Source: Candidatus Margulisiibacteriota bacterium (GTDB taxonomy: Bacteria; Margulisbacteria; WOR-1; O2-12-FULL-45-9; XYB2-FULL-48-7). From it: a stretch of 64,000 nucleotides of DNA. Under the pieces are notes generated by a model, which saw only the letters and a list, made by a program, of their open reading frames with translations, made no database searches and was not told the origin of the DNA. Location: positions 550,044 through 614,043 of the forward strand of contig JBAZKJ010000002.1 in the NCBI GenBank assembly GCA_041650855.1, read 5' to 3'. The position numbers and the translations under genes were made by a program. Position 1 is the first letter of the stretch; every line of letters starts with the position of its first letter. Below are positions 37,768 to 47,851 of the stretch, piece by piece.

Positions 37768-38526
37768 TTATCTCCTGACGGCGATCCCTTTCCGTTCCAG
37801 GAAATCCTTGATCTCCTTGATCGTCAGCTCCTTATAGTGAAGGAGCGAAGCCAGCAGCGCCGCGTCAGCCCGCCCTTTGCTAAAGGCGTCGTAGAGATGT
37901 TCGACCTTGCCGGCTCCGCCGGAAGCGATGACCGGGATCCCGACCGCGTCGGCGATCGCCCTGGTCAGGTCCAGCTCATAACCGTCCTTGGTCCCGTCCC
38001 GGTCCATGCTCGTTAATAAAATTTCGCCGGCCCCCAGCTTCTCGCCCTGCTTTGCCCAGGCGACAGCATCGGTCCCCGTCGGCGTCCGGCCGCCGTGCGT
38101 GTAAACTTCCCAATGTCCGTCGGCCGTCTTTTTCGCGTCGATCGCCAGGACGACGCACTGGCTGCCGAACTTCGCCGCCCCTTTCTCGATCAGGGCCGGG
38201 TCATTGACCGCGGCGGTGTTGACGGAGACCTTATCGGCGCCGCTGGCCAGGATCTCTCGCATCGTCTCCACGTCGTTGATCCCGCCGCCGACGGTGAACG
38301 GGATAAAGACCTTTTCGGAGACCTTTTTGACGACATCGAGCATGATGTATCTTTTGTCCGAGGAGGCGGTAATGTCCAGGAAGACCAGCTCGTCCGCCCC
38401 GGCCCGGTCGTAGAGGGCCGCCAGCTCGACCGGGTCGCCGGCGTCCTTGAGTTCGACGAATTTTGTCCCTTTGACGACGCGCCCTTCGGTCACGTCCAGG
38501 CAGGGTATTATCCTTTTGGCTAGCAT
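37768..38526 (-). CDS. hisF: Imidazole glycerol phosphate synthase cyclase subunit
   Basis: IIPCLDV…VFLDI…GGGI HisF TIM-barrel motifs, 252 aa. No hisH or hisA nearby. Confidence 0.75.
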   Translation of the reverse strand: MLAKRIIPCLDVTEGRVVKGTKFVELKDAGDPVELAALYDRAGADELVFLDITASSDKRYIMLDVVKKVSEKVFIPFTVGGGINDVETMREILASGADKVSVNTAAVNDPALIEKGAAKFGSQCVVLAIDAKKTADGHWEVYTHGGRTPTGTDAVAWAKQGEKLGAGEILLTSMDRDGTKDGYELDLTRAIADAVGIPVIASGGAGKVEHLYDAFSKGRADAALLASLLHYKELTIKEIKDFLERKGIAVRR

Positions 38527-38792
38527 TGGTATCCTTCGCTCCTCAGCAATTGTACCTTAGCTTTGACCCCGCGGGCAAATCCCCCCAGGCCGTTTTGCGC
38601 CACGACCCGGTGGCAGGGAACTTGAGGGGCGAACGGATTGCGGTGCAGCGCGCGCCCAACCGCCCTGGCCGCCCCGGGTTTGCCGATCCGCCGCGCTACC
38701 CAGCCATAGGTCCGCACCTGGCCGCGCGGGATCGTTTTGACTACCTGGTAGACACTTTTTTGGAAAGCAGATATTTTTCGATCTTTGCCCAT
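38520..38792 (-). CDS. MGMT-family DNA alkyltransferase domain protein (Ogt C-terminal domain only)
   Basis: 90 aa with active-site PCHRVV and HTH region [10 protein letters not shown]. Confidence 0.65.
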   Translation of the reverse strand: MGKDRKISAFQKSVYQVVKTIPRGQVRTYGWVARRIGKPGAARAVGRALHRNPFAPQVPCHRVVAQNGLGGFARGVKAKVQLLRSEGYQC

Positions 38793-39469
38793 GAGGTATT
38801 AACGACGTTCTTTTCCTTTAGCCCGACTTGCTTAAGAAGTTTCTTGGCCGAGGTAAAATCCCCGAGCATCGAAGCGATATGCGAATCGGTCCCCAGCACC
38901 AACTGCCAATCGGCCGCTTTCACCGCCCGCACCAGTTCCCGCGCCATGGCTTCGCTGCCGGGCCGGGAAAGCGGCGAGCTGTTATTGAGCTCGATCGCGA
39001 TCTTGCGCGCTTTGGCGGCGGCAACGACTTGCTTGATGTTCACGGGAAACTGCGGATTATCCAAATGGGCGATAATGTTGATCCCGGGGTGCCGGAGCGC
39101 CCTGATCATGACCGCGGTGTTTTTCGCCGCTCCCTGGTTTTGATAACCGCAGCGGGGATGCATGGCAACGAGGACGATGTCCAGTTCCCCCCATTTGATA
39201 TCCACCGGCTTGATGTCGAGCTCCCCCCGGTCATTAATGACGTTCGCCTCGATCCCCCGCAGGATGCGGACCCCGTCGATGACCCGGGGGATCATCCGCA
39301 TGTTGGCAAAGTGATAATAATGAGGCGCGCCCGGCATGGCCGGCCCGTGGTCGGTGATCGCCAGGGCTTGCAGGCCGATCTTTTTGGCCCGGGCGACATA
39401 TTCCGCCAGCGTGGAGTAAGCGTGACCGGAGGAAACGGTGTGAACGTGCAGGTCGGCGACCAGCTTCAT
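38741..39469 (-). CDS. PHP-domain phosphoesterase
   Basis: ADLHVHTVSSGHA His-rich PHP motif. 242 aa. Confidence 0.7.
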   Translation of the reverse strand: MKLVADLHVHTVSSGHAYSTLAEYVARAKKIGLQALAITDHGPAMPGAPHYYHFANMRMIPRVIDGVRILRGIEANVINDRGELDIKPVDIKWGELDIVLVAMHPRCGYQNQGAAKNTAVMIRALRHPGINIIAHLDNPQFPVNIKQVVAAAKARKIAIELNNSSPLSRPGSEAMARELVRAVKAADWQLVLGTDSHIASMLGDFTSAKKLLKQVGLKEKNVVNTSWAKIEKYLLSKKVSTR

Positions 39470-40209
39470 TGCAATTTTTCCATTTCCTCGTCGGAAATGT
39501 CAAAATTGGCGTGGACGGCCTGGATGTCGTCCTGCTCTTCGAGCTTGTTGATCAGGTTCAGCAGTTTTTGCGCCGCTTCACCGGTCACTTTAACGTTGGT
39601 ATCGGCGACCATGGTGACTTCCGCGTCGGTCGGGTTGAAACCCTTGGCCTTGAGCGCGTCGCGAACGGCTTCGAACTGTTCCGGCGTGGTAATAACCTCG
39701 ATCGTCGTTTCGCCGCTCTGGATATCCTCGGCCCCGGCGTCGATCGCCGCCATGGTCAACTTTTCTTCATCGAGCCCCGCTTTTTCAAAAGAGATGCTCC
39801 CCTTGCGCTTAAACATGTAGGAGACGCTGCCCGAGGCGCCCAGGTTGCCGCCCCCCTTTTCAAAGATGTTGCGGACTTCGCCGACCGCCCGGTTGCGGTT
39901 GTCGGTCAACACTTCAATAATGATCGCGACGCCGCCCGGGCCAAAACCTTCGTAGGTCAGCTCTTCCAAGGCGACCGCGCCGGCGCCGGTCGCTTTATCG
40001 ATCGCCCGCTTGACGTTGTCGCTCGGCATATTGGCCGCTTTGGCTTTGTCGATCGCCAGGCGGAGCCGGGGATTACCGGCCGGATCGCCGCCGCCGATCC
40101 TGGCGGCCGAGGCTATTTCGCGGATGATCTTGGTAAAAACTTTGCCGCGAGCCGCATCGGTCTTGGCTTTGGACCGCTTGATCGTCGCCCATTTACTGTG
40201 TCCGGACAT
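39466..40209 (-). CDS. yebC: YebC/PmpR family DNA-binding transcriptional regulator
   Basis: MSGHSKWATIKRSKAKTDAARGKVFTKIIREI canonical N-terminus. Confidence 0.85.
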   Translation of the reverse strand: MSGHSKWATIKRSKAKTDAARGKVFTKIIREIASAARIGGGDPAGNPRLRLAIDKAKAANMPSDNVKRAIDKATGAGAVALEELTYEGFGPGGVAIIIEVLTDNRNRAVGEVRNIFEKGGGNLGASGSVSYMFKRKGSISFEKAGLDEEKLTMAAIDAGAEDIQSGETTIEVITTPEQFEAVRDALKAKGFNPTDAEVTMVADTNVKVTGEAAQKLLNLINKLEEQDDIQAVHANFDISDEEMEKLQ

Positions 40210-41166
40210 TTAAGCTAATTCCCCTTCCCCCAGTAAACTGCGGTAAAGTTCGACAAAGCTCTTGGTCCCTTTGCCGGAGCGCATTTCGATGGCGGCGCGC
40301 GGGTGCTGGTTCAGGATCCCGGTGATCATGTCGGGGATCAGGTACCCCCACTCGATCTGCTGCCGGAGCGGGATGAACTCTTTTTCGATGATCTCGAGGA
40401 TCGGCTCGAGCTTGAACTTGGGGTTCTTGAGAAAAGCGAGGAGCAGCTCCAGCGGAGCGTTGCCGGCCGCCCGCCCGATCCCGTAGATCGTGCCGTCGAC
40501 GTAATTGGCGCCTTTCCTGATCCCCTCGATCGTGTTGGCAAAGCCGAGCTGCTGGTTGTTGTGGCAGTGCATCCCGACCTCGATCCCCTTCGGATTAAGA
40601 TATTTGGCGTACAGCTTGGTCAAAAAATGGACCTGTTCGGAAAAAAGGGCGCCGAAGCTGTCCACGATATAGACCGCTTTGAGCGGGCATTCCGCCAGCT
40701 GCTTGAGGCCTTCTTCCAGGTCGGGGACCAGCGCGGTGGAAACGGCCATGATGTTGACCGTCGTTTCGTAACCCTTGTCGGCGCAATGTTTGACCAGGGC
40801 GATCGCCTTGTCGATATCCTTGACGTAACAGGCGACCCGCATCATGTCGACCACGCTGTCTTTCTTGAGCGGGATGTCGTCCGGATCGACCCGGCCGATG
40901 TCGACCATGGTCGAGAGCTTGGTCTGGGAATCGACCCCTTCGATCATCTTGCGGACAAAGGCCTCGTCGCAGAACTTGGCTTTGCCGAACTTATCCGCGG
41001 AGAAATATTTCTTGGAAGAGCGGTAACCGAGCTCCACGTAATCGACGCCGGCCGCGGAAACCGCCCGGTAAACGGCGCGGACGAGCTTATCTTCGAACAG
41101 GTGTTCGTTGATCAGGCCGCCGTCGCGGATTGTGCAGTCGAGGACTTTGATCTCAGGGCGATACAT
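40210..41166 (-). CDS. HMGL-like (pyruvate carboxyltransferase fold) aldolase family protein
   Basis: VLDCTIRDGG DRE-TIM signature. 318 aa with no LeuA-type C-terminal domain. Confidence 0.55.
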   Translation of the reverse strand: MYRPEIKVLDCTIRDGGLINEHLFEDKLVRAVYRAVSAAGVDYVELGYRSSKKYFSADKFGKAKFCDEAFVRKMIEGVDSQTKLSTMVDIGRVDPDDIPLKKDSVVDMMRVACYVKDIDKAIALVKHCADKGYETTVNIMAVSTALVPDLEEGLKQLAECPLKAVYIVDSFGALFSEQVHFLTKLYAKYLNPKGIEVGMHCHNNQQLGFANTIEGIRKGANYVDGTIYGIGRAAGNAPLELLLAFLKNPKFKLEPILEIIEKEFIPLRQQIEWGYLIPDMITGILNQHPRAAIEMRSGKGTKSFVELYRSLLGEGELA

Positions 41167-41175
41167 AATAAACTA

Positions 41176-42561
41176 TTATAGCGCAGAAATGCCTATCTTG
41201 GCCAGCGCTTTAACGTAGAGGCCGACATATTGCTTGGCGGAGGCGTCCCAGGAGTAATCCAGGTCCATGATCTTGATCTGCAGCGGGACCCAGAGCATTT
41301 TCTTGTGATAGGTGTCGACCGCCCGCCTGACCGCGTCGAGCAGCGCCTTCGCCGTGTAATCGGTAAAAACAAAGCCCTCACCTTCGCCGGTTTTGCCGTT
41401 ATAATCGCCGACCGTATCGGCCAGGCCGCCGGTTTTCCGGACGATCGGCACGGTACCGTATTTAAAACTGATCAGCTGGCCGAGGCCGCACGGCTCGTAG
41501 CGGCTCGGCATCAGGAACATGTCCGACCCGGCGTAGATCAGCTCCGCCAGCAGCGCGTCGAATTTCAGATTGATCCCCAGCTGGTCGGGATATTTCTTCT
41601 TTAACTGGTTGAGCAGGTCGTGGTATTTCTTGTCGCCGGTCCCCAGGACGACGAACTGGCAACCGAGCTTCATCATCCCTTCCAGGGCGCCGGCCAGGAT
41701 ATCAAAACCTTTCTGGTCCGCCAGCCGGGTGATCATCCCGATGACCGGCGTCTCTTTTTTCTGGGGCAGGCTGTTCTGCCGCTGCAGCTCGACCTTGTTC
41801 TCCGCTTTCAGAGAGATGGTCGCCGGACTGTACCGTTTGGGGATGTTCGGGTCGGTCGCCGGGCTCCAAACATCGTAATCGATCCCGTTAATGATCCCGT
41901 AGAGATCGTGCGCCCGGGCGCGCAGCAGGCCGTCGAGCCCGCAGCCGTATTCCGGCGTCTGGATCTCCTTGGCGTACGTGCTCGAGACCGTATTGATCAC
42001 GTCGGCATAAATGAAACCGGCCTTGGCCAGAGCAAGTTGGTTCCAGAACTCCAGCCCGTCCTGTTTAAAGACCTCCCAACCGAAACCGGTCGCCGGCAGC
42101 TGGTTCTTGTCGAACATCCCGAGATACGCCAGGTTATGGACCGAATAAACCGTGGCAATCCGCTGCCAGGACGGGTCGTTCTGGTACTTTAATTTGAGGT
42201 ACATGATGACCAGGGCCGATTGCCAGTCGTTGCAGTGGATAATATCCGGCTTCCAGGATAACTGCTTGAGCAGCAGGAACGCCCCCCGGCAAAAAGCGGA
42301 GAAGCGCTCGAGGTTGTCAGGATAGTCGATCCCGCCCGGCAGCTGGTAGAGGTTTTCGCGCGAACCGAAGAGCGCCTGGTCCTCGAAGAAAAAGACCGGG
42401 AAACCGGTCTCGGCGCTTTTGACGTTCTTGTAGCGCGGGGTGTAGACCCGGATGTCGTGGCCGATCGCCTTGAGGGCTTTAGGGAGCGCGCCGGCAACGT
42501 CCGCCAGGCCGCCGGTCTTGGAAAAAGGGACGACTTCGGAAGAAACGTATAAGATCTTCAT
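41176..42561 (-). CDS. glgA: Glycogen synthase (GT5)
   Basis: MKILYVSSEVVPFSKTGGLADVAGALPKAL canonical GlgA N-terminus. 461 aa. Confidence 0.85.
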   Translation of the reverse strand: MKILYVSSEVVPFSKTGGLADVAGALPKALKAIGHDIRVYTPRYKNVKSAETGFPVFFFEDQALFGSRENLYQLPGGIDYPDNLERFSAFCRGAFLLLKQLSWKPDIIHCNDWQSALVIMYLKLKYQNDPSWQRIATVYSVHNLAYLGMFDKNQLPATGFGWEVFKQDGLEFWNQLALAKAGFIYADVINTVSSTYAKEIQTPEYGCGLDGLLRARAHDLYGIINGIDYDVWSPATDPNIPKRYSPATISLKAENKVELQRQNSLPQKKETPVIGMITRLADQKGFDILAGALEGMMKLGCQFVVLGTGDKKYHDLLNQLKKKYPDQLGINLKFDALLAELIYAGSDMFLMPSRYEPCGLGQLISFKYGTVPIVRKTGGLADTVGDYNGKTGEGEGFVFTDYTAKALLDAVRRAVDTYHKKMLWVPLQIKIMDLDYSWDASAKQYVGLYVKALAKIGISAL

Positions 42562-45020
42562 ATGACCGCATCGATCTTCTCAATGTAGCGGTTGATCAGC
42601 CTTTGCGCGCTCGTTTCGTTGTCCGCCTCCGCGCAAACGTGGATGATCGGCCGGGCCGGGTCCGGCAGGACCAGGACCCAGTCTTCGCCGTCAAAGATCT
42701 TGACCCCGTCGGTCAGGTCGACCTCTTCGTCCTTGACCTCGTCGACGATCTTGCGCAGCACCAGCCCTTTCTTTTCCGGCGCGCAGGACACGTCCCGCCA
42801 GATCATCATGATCTTGGGGACGGCCGCGGAAATCTCCGACAGTTTGGCCCCGGTCCGGGCGGTGAGCTCGAGCAGCTTGACCGTGGTGAACATCGCGTCG
42901 AACGCCGTCTGGAACTCGGGGAAGATAAAGCCGCCCAGGTTCTCGCCGACCATCGTGATCCCCGGCCGGGAAGAGACCTCCATCATGTCGCGGGCGCTGG
43001 TCTTGGTCCTGACGACCTTAAAACCGAACTGTTTGCCGAGCCGGTCGATCACCCGGCTGGCCCTGACCGGCACGGCGATCTGCGCCGCTTTGGTCGCCTT
43101 GCCGGCCAGCACGGCCATGACCGCCAGTTCGTGATCGCCCCGCATCAGGGTCCCGCGCTCGTCGCAGATAAAGACCTTTTCCGCGCCGGTATCCAGCATC
43201 ACGCCCAGGTCGGCGCCGAGCGATTTGACGATCTGCGACAGCTGCTCGAGCGATTTCTCGAACGCCTGCTTGGTCTTGGTGATCTTGGTCTCGTCGATAT
43301 GCGCGTTGAGCGCGATGACCTCGATCCCCAGCTCGCCCAGGATCGCCGGGAAGATCGACGAAGCGGAACTGTAGGCGTAATCGACCACCACCTTGAACCG
43401 CGCGGCGGCGATCGCTTCGCGATTGACGCAGCTGAGCGCCCCTTCCTTGTACGACTCCGCGACCCGGTGGAACGGGAAGCTCAGCTCGCCGGTCTCTTCG
43501 ATCCCGACCCGGCGGTATTCCTCGCCGGAATAGACCCGTTCGATCTTCTTTTCCCGGGCCGAGGTCAGGTCCATGCCGTTCTCGTCGAAGAACTTGATGT
43601 CGATCACCTGCGGGTCGTAGGGCGACTTGCGGACGTGGAACCCGCCGCGGCTCTTCAGCGCTTTAAGCTCGTAGCGGTTGACGGGGATCGGGATCTCCTC
43701 CAGGTTGGAAACGTTGACGCCGGCCGACAGCACGCCGGCGATCAGGGCGCGGTAGATCATGCGCGACGACTTGTGGGAATCGCGGGAAGTGGAAATGTGG
43801 GCCCCTTTGCCCAGCACCGCGCCGTAAGCGGCGCCGAGCGACGCGGCGAACTCCGGGGTCAGCTCCACGTTGCACAAACCGGTCACGCCGTAGGGGCCGA
43901 AAATATTCCGGCTCCAGCGCTCGCGCCAGACCATGGAACGGGAAACGGTCGCCCCCTCTTCGATCACTTTGTTCGGCCAGATCTTGACGTACGGCTTGAT
44001 ATCGACGTCCTTGCCGATATTGCACTCTTCGCCGATGACCACGCCCTCTTCCAGGAAGCACCGGTCGCCGATCACGGCGCCCCGGCCGACGATCGCCTTT
44101 TCCAGCCGGGCTTCGGCCCCGACCGTCACGTCGTCCCAGAGGACGCAATGGCGCAGCTGGGCGCCGCGCCCGATCCGGCAATTGCGGCCGACCGACACGT
44201 CGACCAGCAGCGCCTCATCGGCCACGAAGCTCTTTTCGCCGACGATAACGACCCCTTCCCGCCGGACCGAGGAGGCGATCTCCGCCCCCCTGGCGATCTG
44301 GACCGGTTTACCGCCGGCGATGTCGGCATGCGCCCGGCCGTACTCGGCCAGGCCGCCGATATCTTTCCAGAGGCCCTCGGCAATATAGCCGAAAAGCGGC
44401 TGCTGGTCGGCCAGCAGTTTGGGGAACAGGTCCTGGCTGAAATCGACCGACCGGCCGGCCGGGATCGCGCCGAGCACGGCGGGGTCCAGCACGTAAATGC
44501 CACAGTTGATCGTGTCGGAAAAGACCTCGCTCCAGGACGGCTTTTCCAGGAACCGCTTGATCCGGCCCGCCTGGTCGGTGATCACGATCCCGTAAGGGAG
44601 CGGGTTGGCGACCCGGGTCAGGACCAGCGTGGCGGCCGCTTTCTTTTCCTGGTGGAACTTCACGACCGCCTCCAGGTCAAAGTCGGTGATCAGGTCGGCG
44701 CTGATGATCAGCACCGGCTCGTTCAGGTTCTTGAAGCTCTGGGCGGCGAACTTGACGGCGCCCGCCGTGCCGTAATCCTCTTTGGCCTCGACGTAGGAAA
44801 GATTGACGCCGAAGCGCGATCCGTCGCCGAAATAGTTCTTGATGATCTCCGGCTGGTGGTACAGGAGGGCGGTAATGTCCTTGAACTTATGCTTGCGCAG
44901 GAGATAGATGACGTATTCCATCATCGGCTGGTTGGCGACCGGCACCATCGGCTTCGGGATATTCACCGTTAAAGGGTGCAAGCGCGTACCCAGCCCGCCG
45001 GCTAAGACAATGGCCTTCAT
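42558..45020 (-). CDS. Bifunctional sugar-1-phosphate nucleotidyltransferase (with left-handed beta-helix) / phosphohexomutase (PGM/PMM)
   Basis: N-terminus MKAIVLAGGLGTRLHPLT (NTP-transferase), hexapeptide repeats, then alpha-D-phosphohexomutase domains. 820 aa. Confidence 0.7.
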   Translation of the reverse strand: MKAIVLAGGLGTRLHPLTVNIPKPMVPVANQPMMEYVIYLLRKHKFKDITALLYHQPEIIKNYFGDGSRFGVNLSYVEAKEDYGTAGAVKFAAQSFKNLNEPVLIISADLITDFDLEAVVKFHQEKKAAATLVLTRVANPLPYGIVITDQAGRIKRFLEKPSWSEVFSDTINCGIYVLDPAVLGAIPAGRSVDFSQDLFPKLLADQQPLFGYIAEGLWKDIGGLAEYGRAHADIAGGKPVQIARGAEIASSVRREGVVIVGEKSFVADEALLVDVSVGRNCRIGRGAQLRHCVLWDDVTVGAEARLEKAIVGRGAVIGDRCFLEEGVVIGEECNIGKDVDIKPYVKIWPNKVIEEGATVSRSMVWRERWSRNIFGPYGVTGLCNVELTPEFAASLGAAYGAVLGKGAHISTSRDSHKSSRMIYRALIAGVLSAGVNVSNLEEIPIPVNRYELKALKSRGGFHVRKSPYDPQVIDIKFFDENGMDLTSAREKKIERVYSGEEYRRVGIEETGELSFPFHRVAESYKEGALSCVNREAIAAARFKVVVDYAYSSASSIFPAILGELGIEVIALNAHIDETKITKTKQAFEKSLEQLSQIVKSLGADLGVMLDTGAEKVFICDERGTLMRGDHELAVMAVLAGKATKAAQIAVPVRASRVIDRLGKQFGFKVVRTKTSARDMMEVSSRPGITMVGENLGGFIFPEFQTAFDAMFTTVKLLELTARTGAKLSEISAAVPKIMMIWRDVSCAPEKKGLVLRKIVDEVKDEEVDLTDGVKIFDGEDWVLVLPDPARPIIHVCAEADNETSAQRLINRYIEKIDAVI

Positions 45021-46603
45021 GCGTACACCCGATAGTCGATGTCCGGAAAAATATTATCGAGCCACTCAATCTTGCCCAGGTACGGCAGGTCGAGCGCGTT
45101 CGCCTTGATGCCGTCGTACAGCTTGGAGAAGCGTTCGATGTGGTCCTTGGTCCGCTTGAAAGCGTAAGGGGGACAGGTGCCGGTCTTGAAAATGAACGCC
45201 CAATCCGAGGACTGGGCCAGGAGGAGCTCGCGGGCCGCCTGGTTCAGCGCCCGCCGCAGGTCGCCCGCCGCGTTGGGATAGCTTTCGGCCAGCTCCACCA
45301 TCCGGTCGGCGGCTTTATGGAGATAGCGGTAGAGCCAGTCGTTGCTCCCGTTCAGCCAGACCTCGGCGTAACCCTTGTAACCCCACGACGACATCGACGG
45401 GGTGACGATCTGGTTGCGCGGATGCCAGTCGAGGTATTCCGACGGCGTGACCAGCTTAATGGTCTTCTGGTCAAAATGGATCTTGCGCAGCAGGAAATTG
45501 AGCCAGGCCGGGCCTTCGTACCACCAGTGGCCGTAAAGCTCCGCGTCGTACGGCGAGACGACGATCGGCTTCTTGCCCAGCCAGTCGTGCAGGTGCTCGA
45601 TCTGCTTTTCCCGGTTGAACATAAAATTGCCGGCGTGGCTTGCCGCCTGGTCGAGCGCCCACTGCCGGTTGTATGGTTGCTTATAAGCCAGGTCGACCTG
45701 GCCGGTGATCCGGAAATATTTGATCCCGGTGTTGATCCTGGTTCCGTCGACGTGGATGTAAGGCCGGATGTAATCGTAATCGAGGTCGAAACCGATGTCG
45801 CGGTAGAATTCGCGGTAATTATAGTCGCCCGGATAACCCTCTTCGGCGCTCCAGACCGCTTTGGACGACTCCATGTCCCGGCCGAAAGCGGCAACGCCCG
45901 ATTTGCAATAGACCGGGGCAAAGACGCCGTACTTGGGCCGCGGCGTACCGTGCAATATCCCGTGCGTGTCGACCAGGAAAAACCTGATCCCCGCCTCTTT
46001 CAATATCTCGTCGTGCCCCGGCTGGTAGCCGCACTCCGGCAGCCAGATCCCGCGCGCCTTGCGGCCGAACAGCTTCTCGTACTGGTTGGCCGCGACCATG
46101 ATCTGGGCGCGGACCGCTTTCTGGTTGACCTCCATCAGCGGCAGGAAGCCGTGCGTGGCGCCGCAGGTAATGATCTCCAGTTTGCCCAGGTCCTGGAACT
46201 TCTTGAACGCGGATATTAGATTTTTGCCGTATTTGCCGACAAAGAGCGCCCGCGTCTCGATGAACAGCTGGTTGTACATGTGGGCCAGCGCGGCAAATTC
46301 CGGCTGCCAGCGGGTCCGCTCGATCTCCTTGTAGGTCAGCTCGATCAGTTTGTCCAGATGCTGGACGTAGCGGTCTTGCAGCAGCGGATCGATGAACATG
46401 GAGGCCAGCGTCGGCGTGACCGACATCGTCAGGCGGAAATCGACGCCGTCGTCGACCAGGCCTTCAAAGACCTTGAGCAGCGGGATGTAGGTCTCGGTGA
46501 TCGCTTCGTAAAGCCAATCTTCCTCCAGGAACTCCTCGTGCTCGGGATGTCGCACGAAGGGGAGATGGGCGTGCAGGACTAACGCGAGATAACCTTTTTC
46601 CAT
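45017..46603 (-). CDS. GH57 family glycoside hydrolase, branching-enzyme-like (about 528 aa)
   Basis: N-terminal LVLHAHLPFVRHPE (GH57 HxHxP-type start) and size typical of GH57 1,4-alpha-glucan branching enzymes. Confidence 0.7.
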   Translation of the reverse strand: MEKGYLALVLHAHLPFVRHPEHEEFLEEDWLYEAITETYIPLLKVFEGLVDDGVDFRLTMSVTPTLASMFIDPLLQDRYVQHLDKLIELTYKEIERTRWQPEFAALAHMYNQLFIETRALFVGKYGKNLISAFKKFQDLGKLEIITCGATHGFLPLMEVNQKAVRAQIMVAANQYEKLFGRKARGIWLPECGYQPGHDEILKEAGIRFFLVDTHGILHGTPRPKYGVFAPVYCKSGVAAFGRDMESSKAVWSAEEGYPGDYNYREFYRDIGFDLDYDYIRPYIHVDGTRINTGIKYFRITGQVDLAYKQPYNRQWALDQAASHAGNFMFNREKQIEHLHDWLGKKPIVVSPYDAELYGHWWYEGPAWLNFLLRKIHFDQKTIKLVTPSEYLDWHPRNQIVTPSMSSWGYKGYAEVWLNGSNDWLYRYLHKAADRMVELAESYPNAAGDLRRALNQAARELLLAQSSDWAFIFKTGTCPPYAFKRTKDHIERFSKLYDGIKANALDLPYLGKIEWLDNIFPDIDYRVYA

Positions 46604-46605
46604 CC

Positions 46606-47574
46606 TTAGTCCGTTTTTCTTTCGATTTTCGGGGTGATCTTGCGGCGCTCGGCTCCGTCATCGCGGATGGCTTCGATGGGAATGACCTGGTTGCCGTCGG
46701 GCAAGGCAAAACGCAAGGAAAAAGTGCCGTCGGGCCGGAGCTCGATCTTGTGGCCCTGCACGGTCACGGTCGCCGAAGGCTCGGTGGCGCCGTAAACGAT
46801 CAGTTCGCAGTTGGCAGCCAGCCAGAACGGCCGCTCCCCCATCAGGCGGACCGGCGAGCCCATACTACTGATCCAGCCGGAAGCCGACTCCTGCTCCAGC
46901 CGGCGCCGCATCATTTCCCGGATCTCTTCCGAGCCGCGGCCCAGGCCGAACCCGCCGGAGAGGGCGTACATCTTTTCCCAGTCGGGGATCAGCCATTGTT
47001 CGTCGATCACGTCGGACATCCGGTCCAGCGGGGTGGTGACCCAGTTGGAGCGGGCGGCGGCGATAAAACGGCCGTCGGGGGTCAGAAAACCGATGTCGAC
47101 GCAGTAGGTCCGGTTCGGCTCCGGCACTTTGATGTACCAGCTCCGGGCGCCGCCGTCGATCAGGACGTCGAAAGACTGCCAGCTGGCGGTCTCGTAGACC
47201 CTAAGCACTTCGCGGCTCCGGTTCAGGAGATCAGCGCCGATCTCGCCGGCGATCTCGCCGCGCCGTTGGCCGTTGACCTCCCAGTAAGCGTAAAGCCAGT
47301 GCGGGTCGCGGACCATCAGGACGATCCGGTTCTCGTCGTAGCCGCCGGGAAATTCCCACTGTTTTTCCTCGGCGATCTTCTGCATCACCGGCCCGGCGTA
47401 ATACTTGCTCTCTTCGACCCGTTCTTCCCCCCCGCCCCTTAACTTTTCCGGCCGGGCGGCGTTAACCGGGGATTTTACGGCGCGCCGGCGGGGGACGGCC
47501 GGTTTTTTGGCGGCCGCGGTCTTTTTAACGGGCTTATCTTTAGCGGTTTTGACCGCTCTCTTCCTGACCGGCAT
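46606..47574 (-). CDS. DUF4912-like protein with Lys/Ala-rich N-terminal tail
   Basis: WLYAYWEV motif. 322 aa. Positioned between GH57 and CBM48 genes. Confidence 0.5.
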   Translation of the reverse strand: MPVRKRAVKTAKDKPVKKTAAAKKPAVPRRRAVKSPVNAARPEKLRGGGEERVEESKYYAGPVMQKIAEEKQWEFPGGYDENRIVLMVRDPHWLYAYWEVNGQRRGEIAGEIGADLLNRSREVLRVYETASWQSFDVLIDGGARSWYIKVPEPNRTYCVDIGFLTPDGRFIAAARSNWVTTPLDRMSDVIDEQWLIPDWEKMYALSGGFGLGRGSEEIREMMRRRLEQESASGWISSMGSPVRLMGERPFWLAANCELIVYGATEPSATVTVQGHKIELRPDGTFSLRFALPDGNQVIPIEAIRDDGAERRKITPKIERKTD

Positions 47575-47581
47575 GCTCTAT

Positions 47582-47851
47582 TTACCTCACGAAGCGGACC
47601 GAATTCGTTGTCCCCTGGTCGTTACCGATCTGCTGGTCGGCGGCCGGATCGTTCAGCCAGGCGCCGTCGGCGACGAACTTGTACTGATACTCGCCCGGTT
47701 CCAGGCTGAGCTGCGCTTGCCACTCGCCGCTTTTCGCGTGCTTCATAACGATCGCCCCCTCCTGCCAGTTCGTGAAATTGCCGCACAACTTGACGTCATG
47801 GACCTCTCGCGGCGCGGCGAACTTGAACGTGACCTTTTTCTTTCTCGCCAT
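47582..47851 (-). CDS. CBM48/AMPK-beta-like glycogen-binding domain protein
   Basis: Start MARKKKVTFKF (GGGAGGTG SD upstream). The start codon overlaps the galT-like stop by 1 nt. CGNFTNWQ…EYQYKFVADGAW motif. The ORF-track 139-aa form overlaps the GalT gene. Confidence 0.6.
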   Translation of the reverse strand: MARKKKVTFKFAAPREVHDVKLCGNFTNWQEGAIVMKHAKSGEWQAQLSLEPGEYQYKFVADGAWLNDPAADQQIGNDQGTTNSVRFVR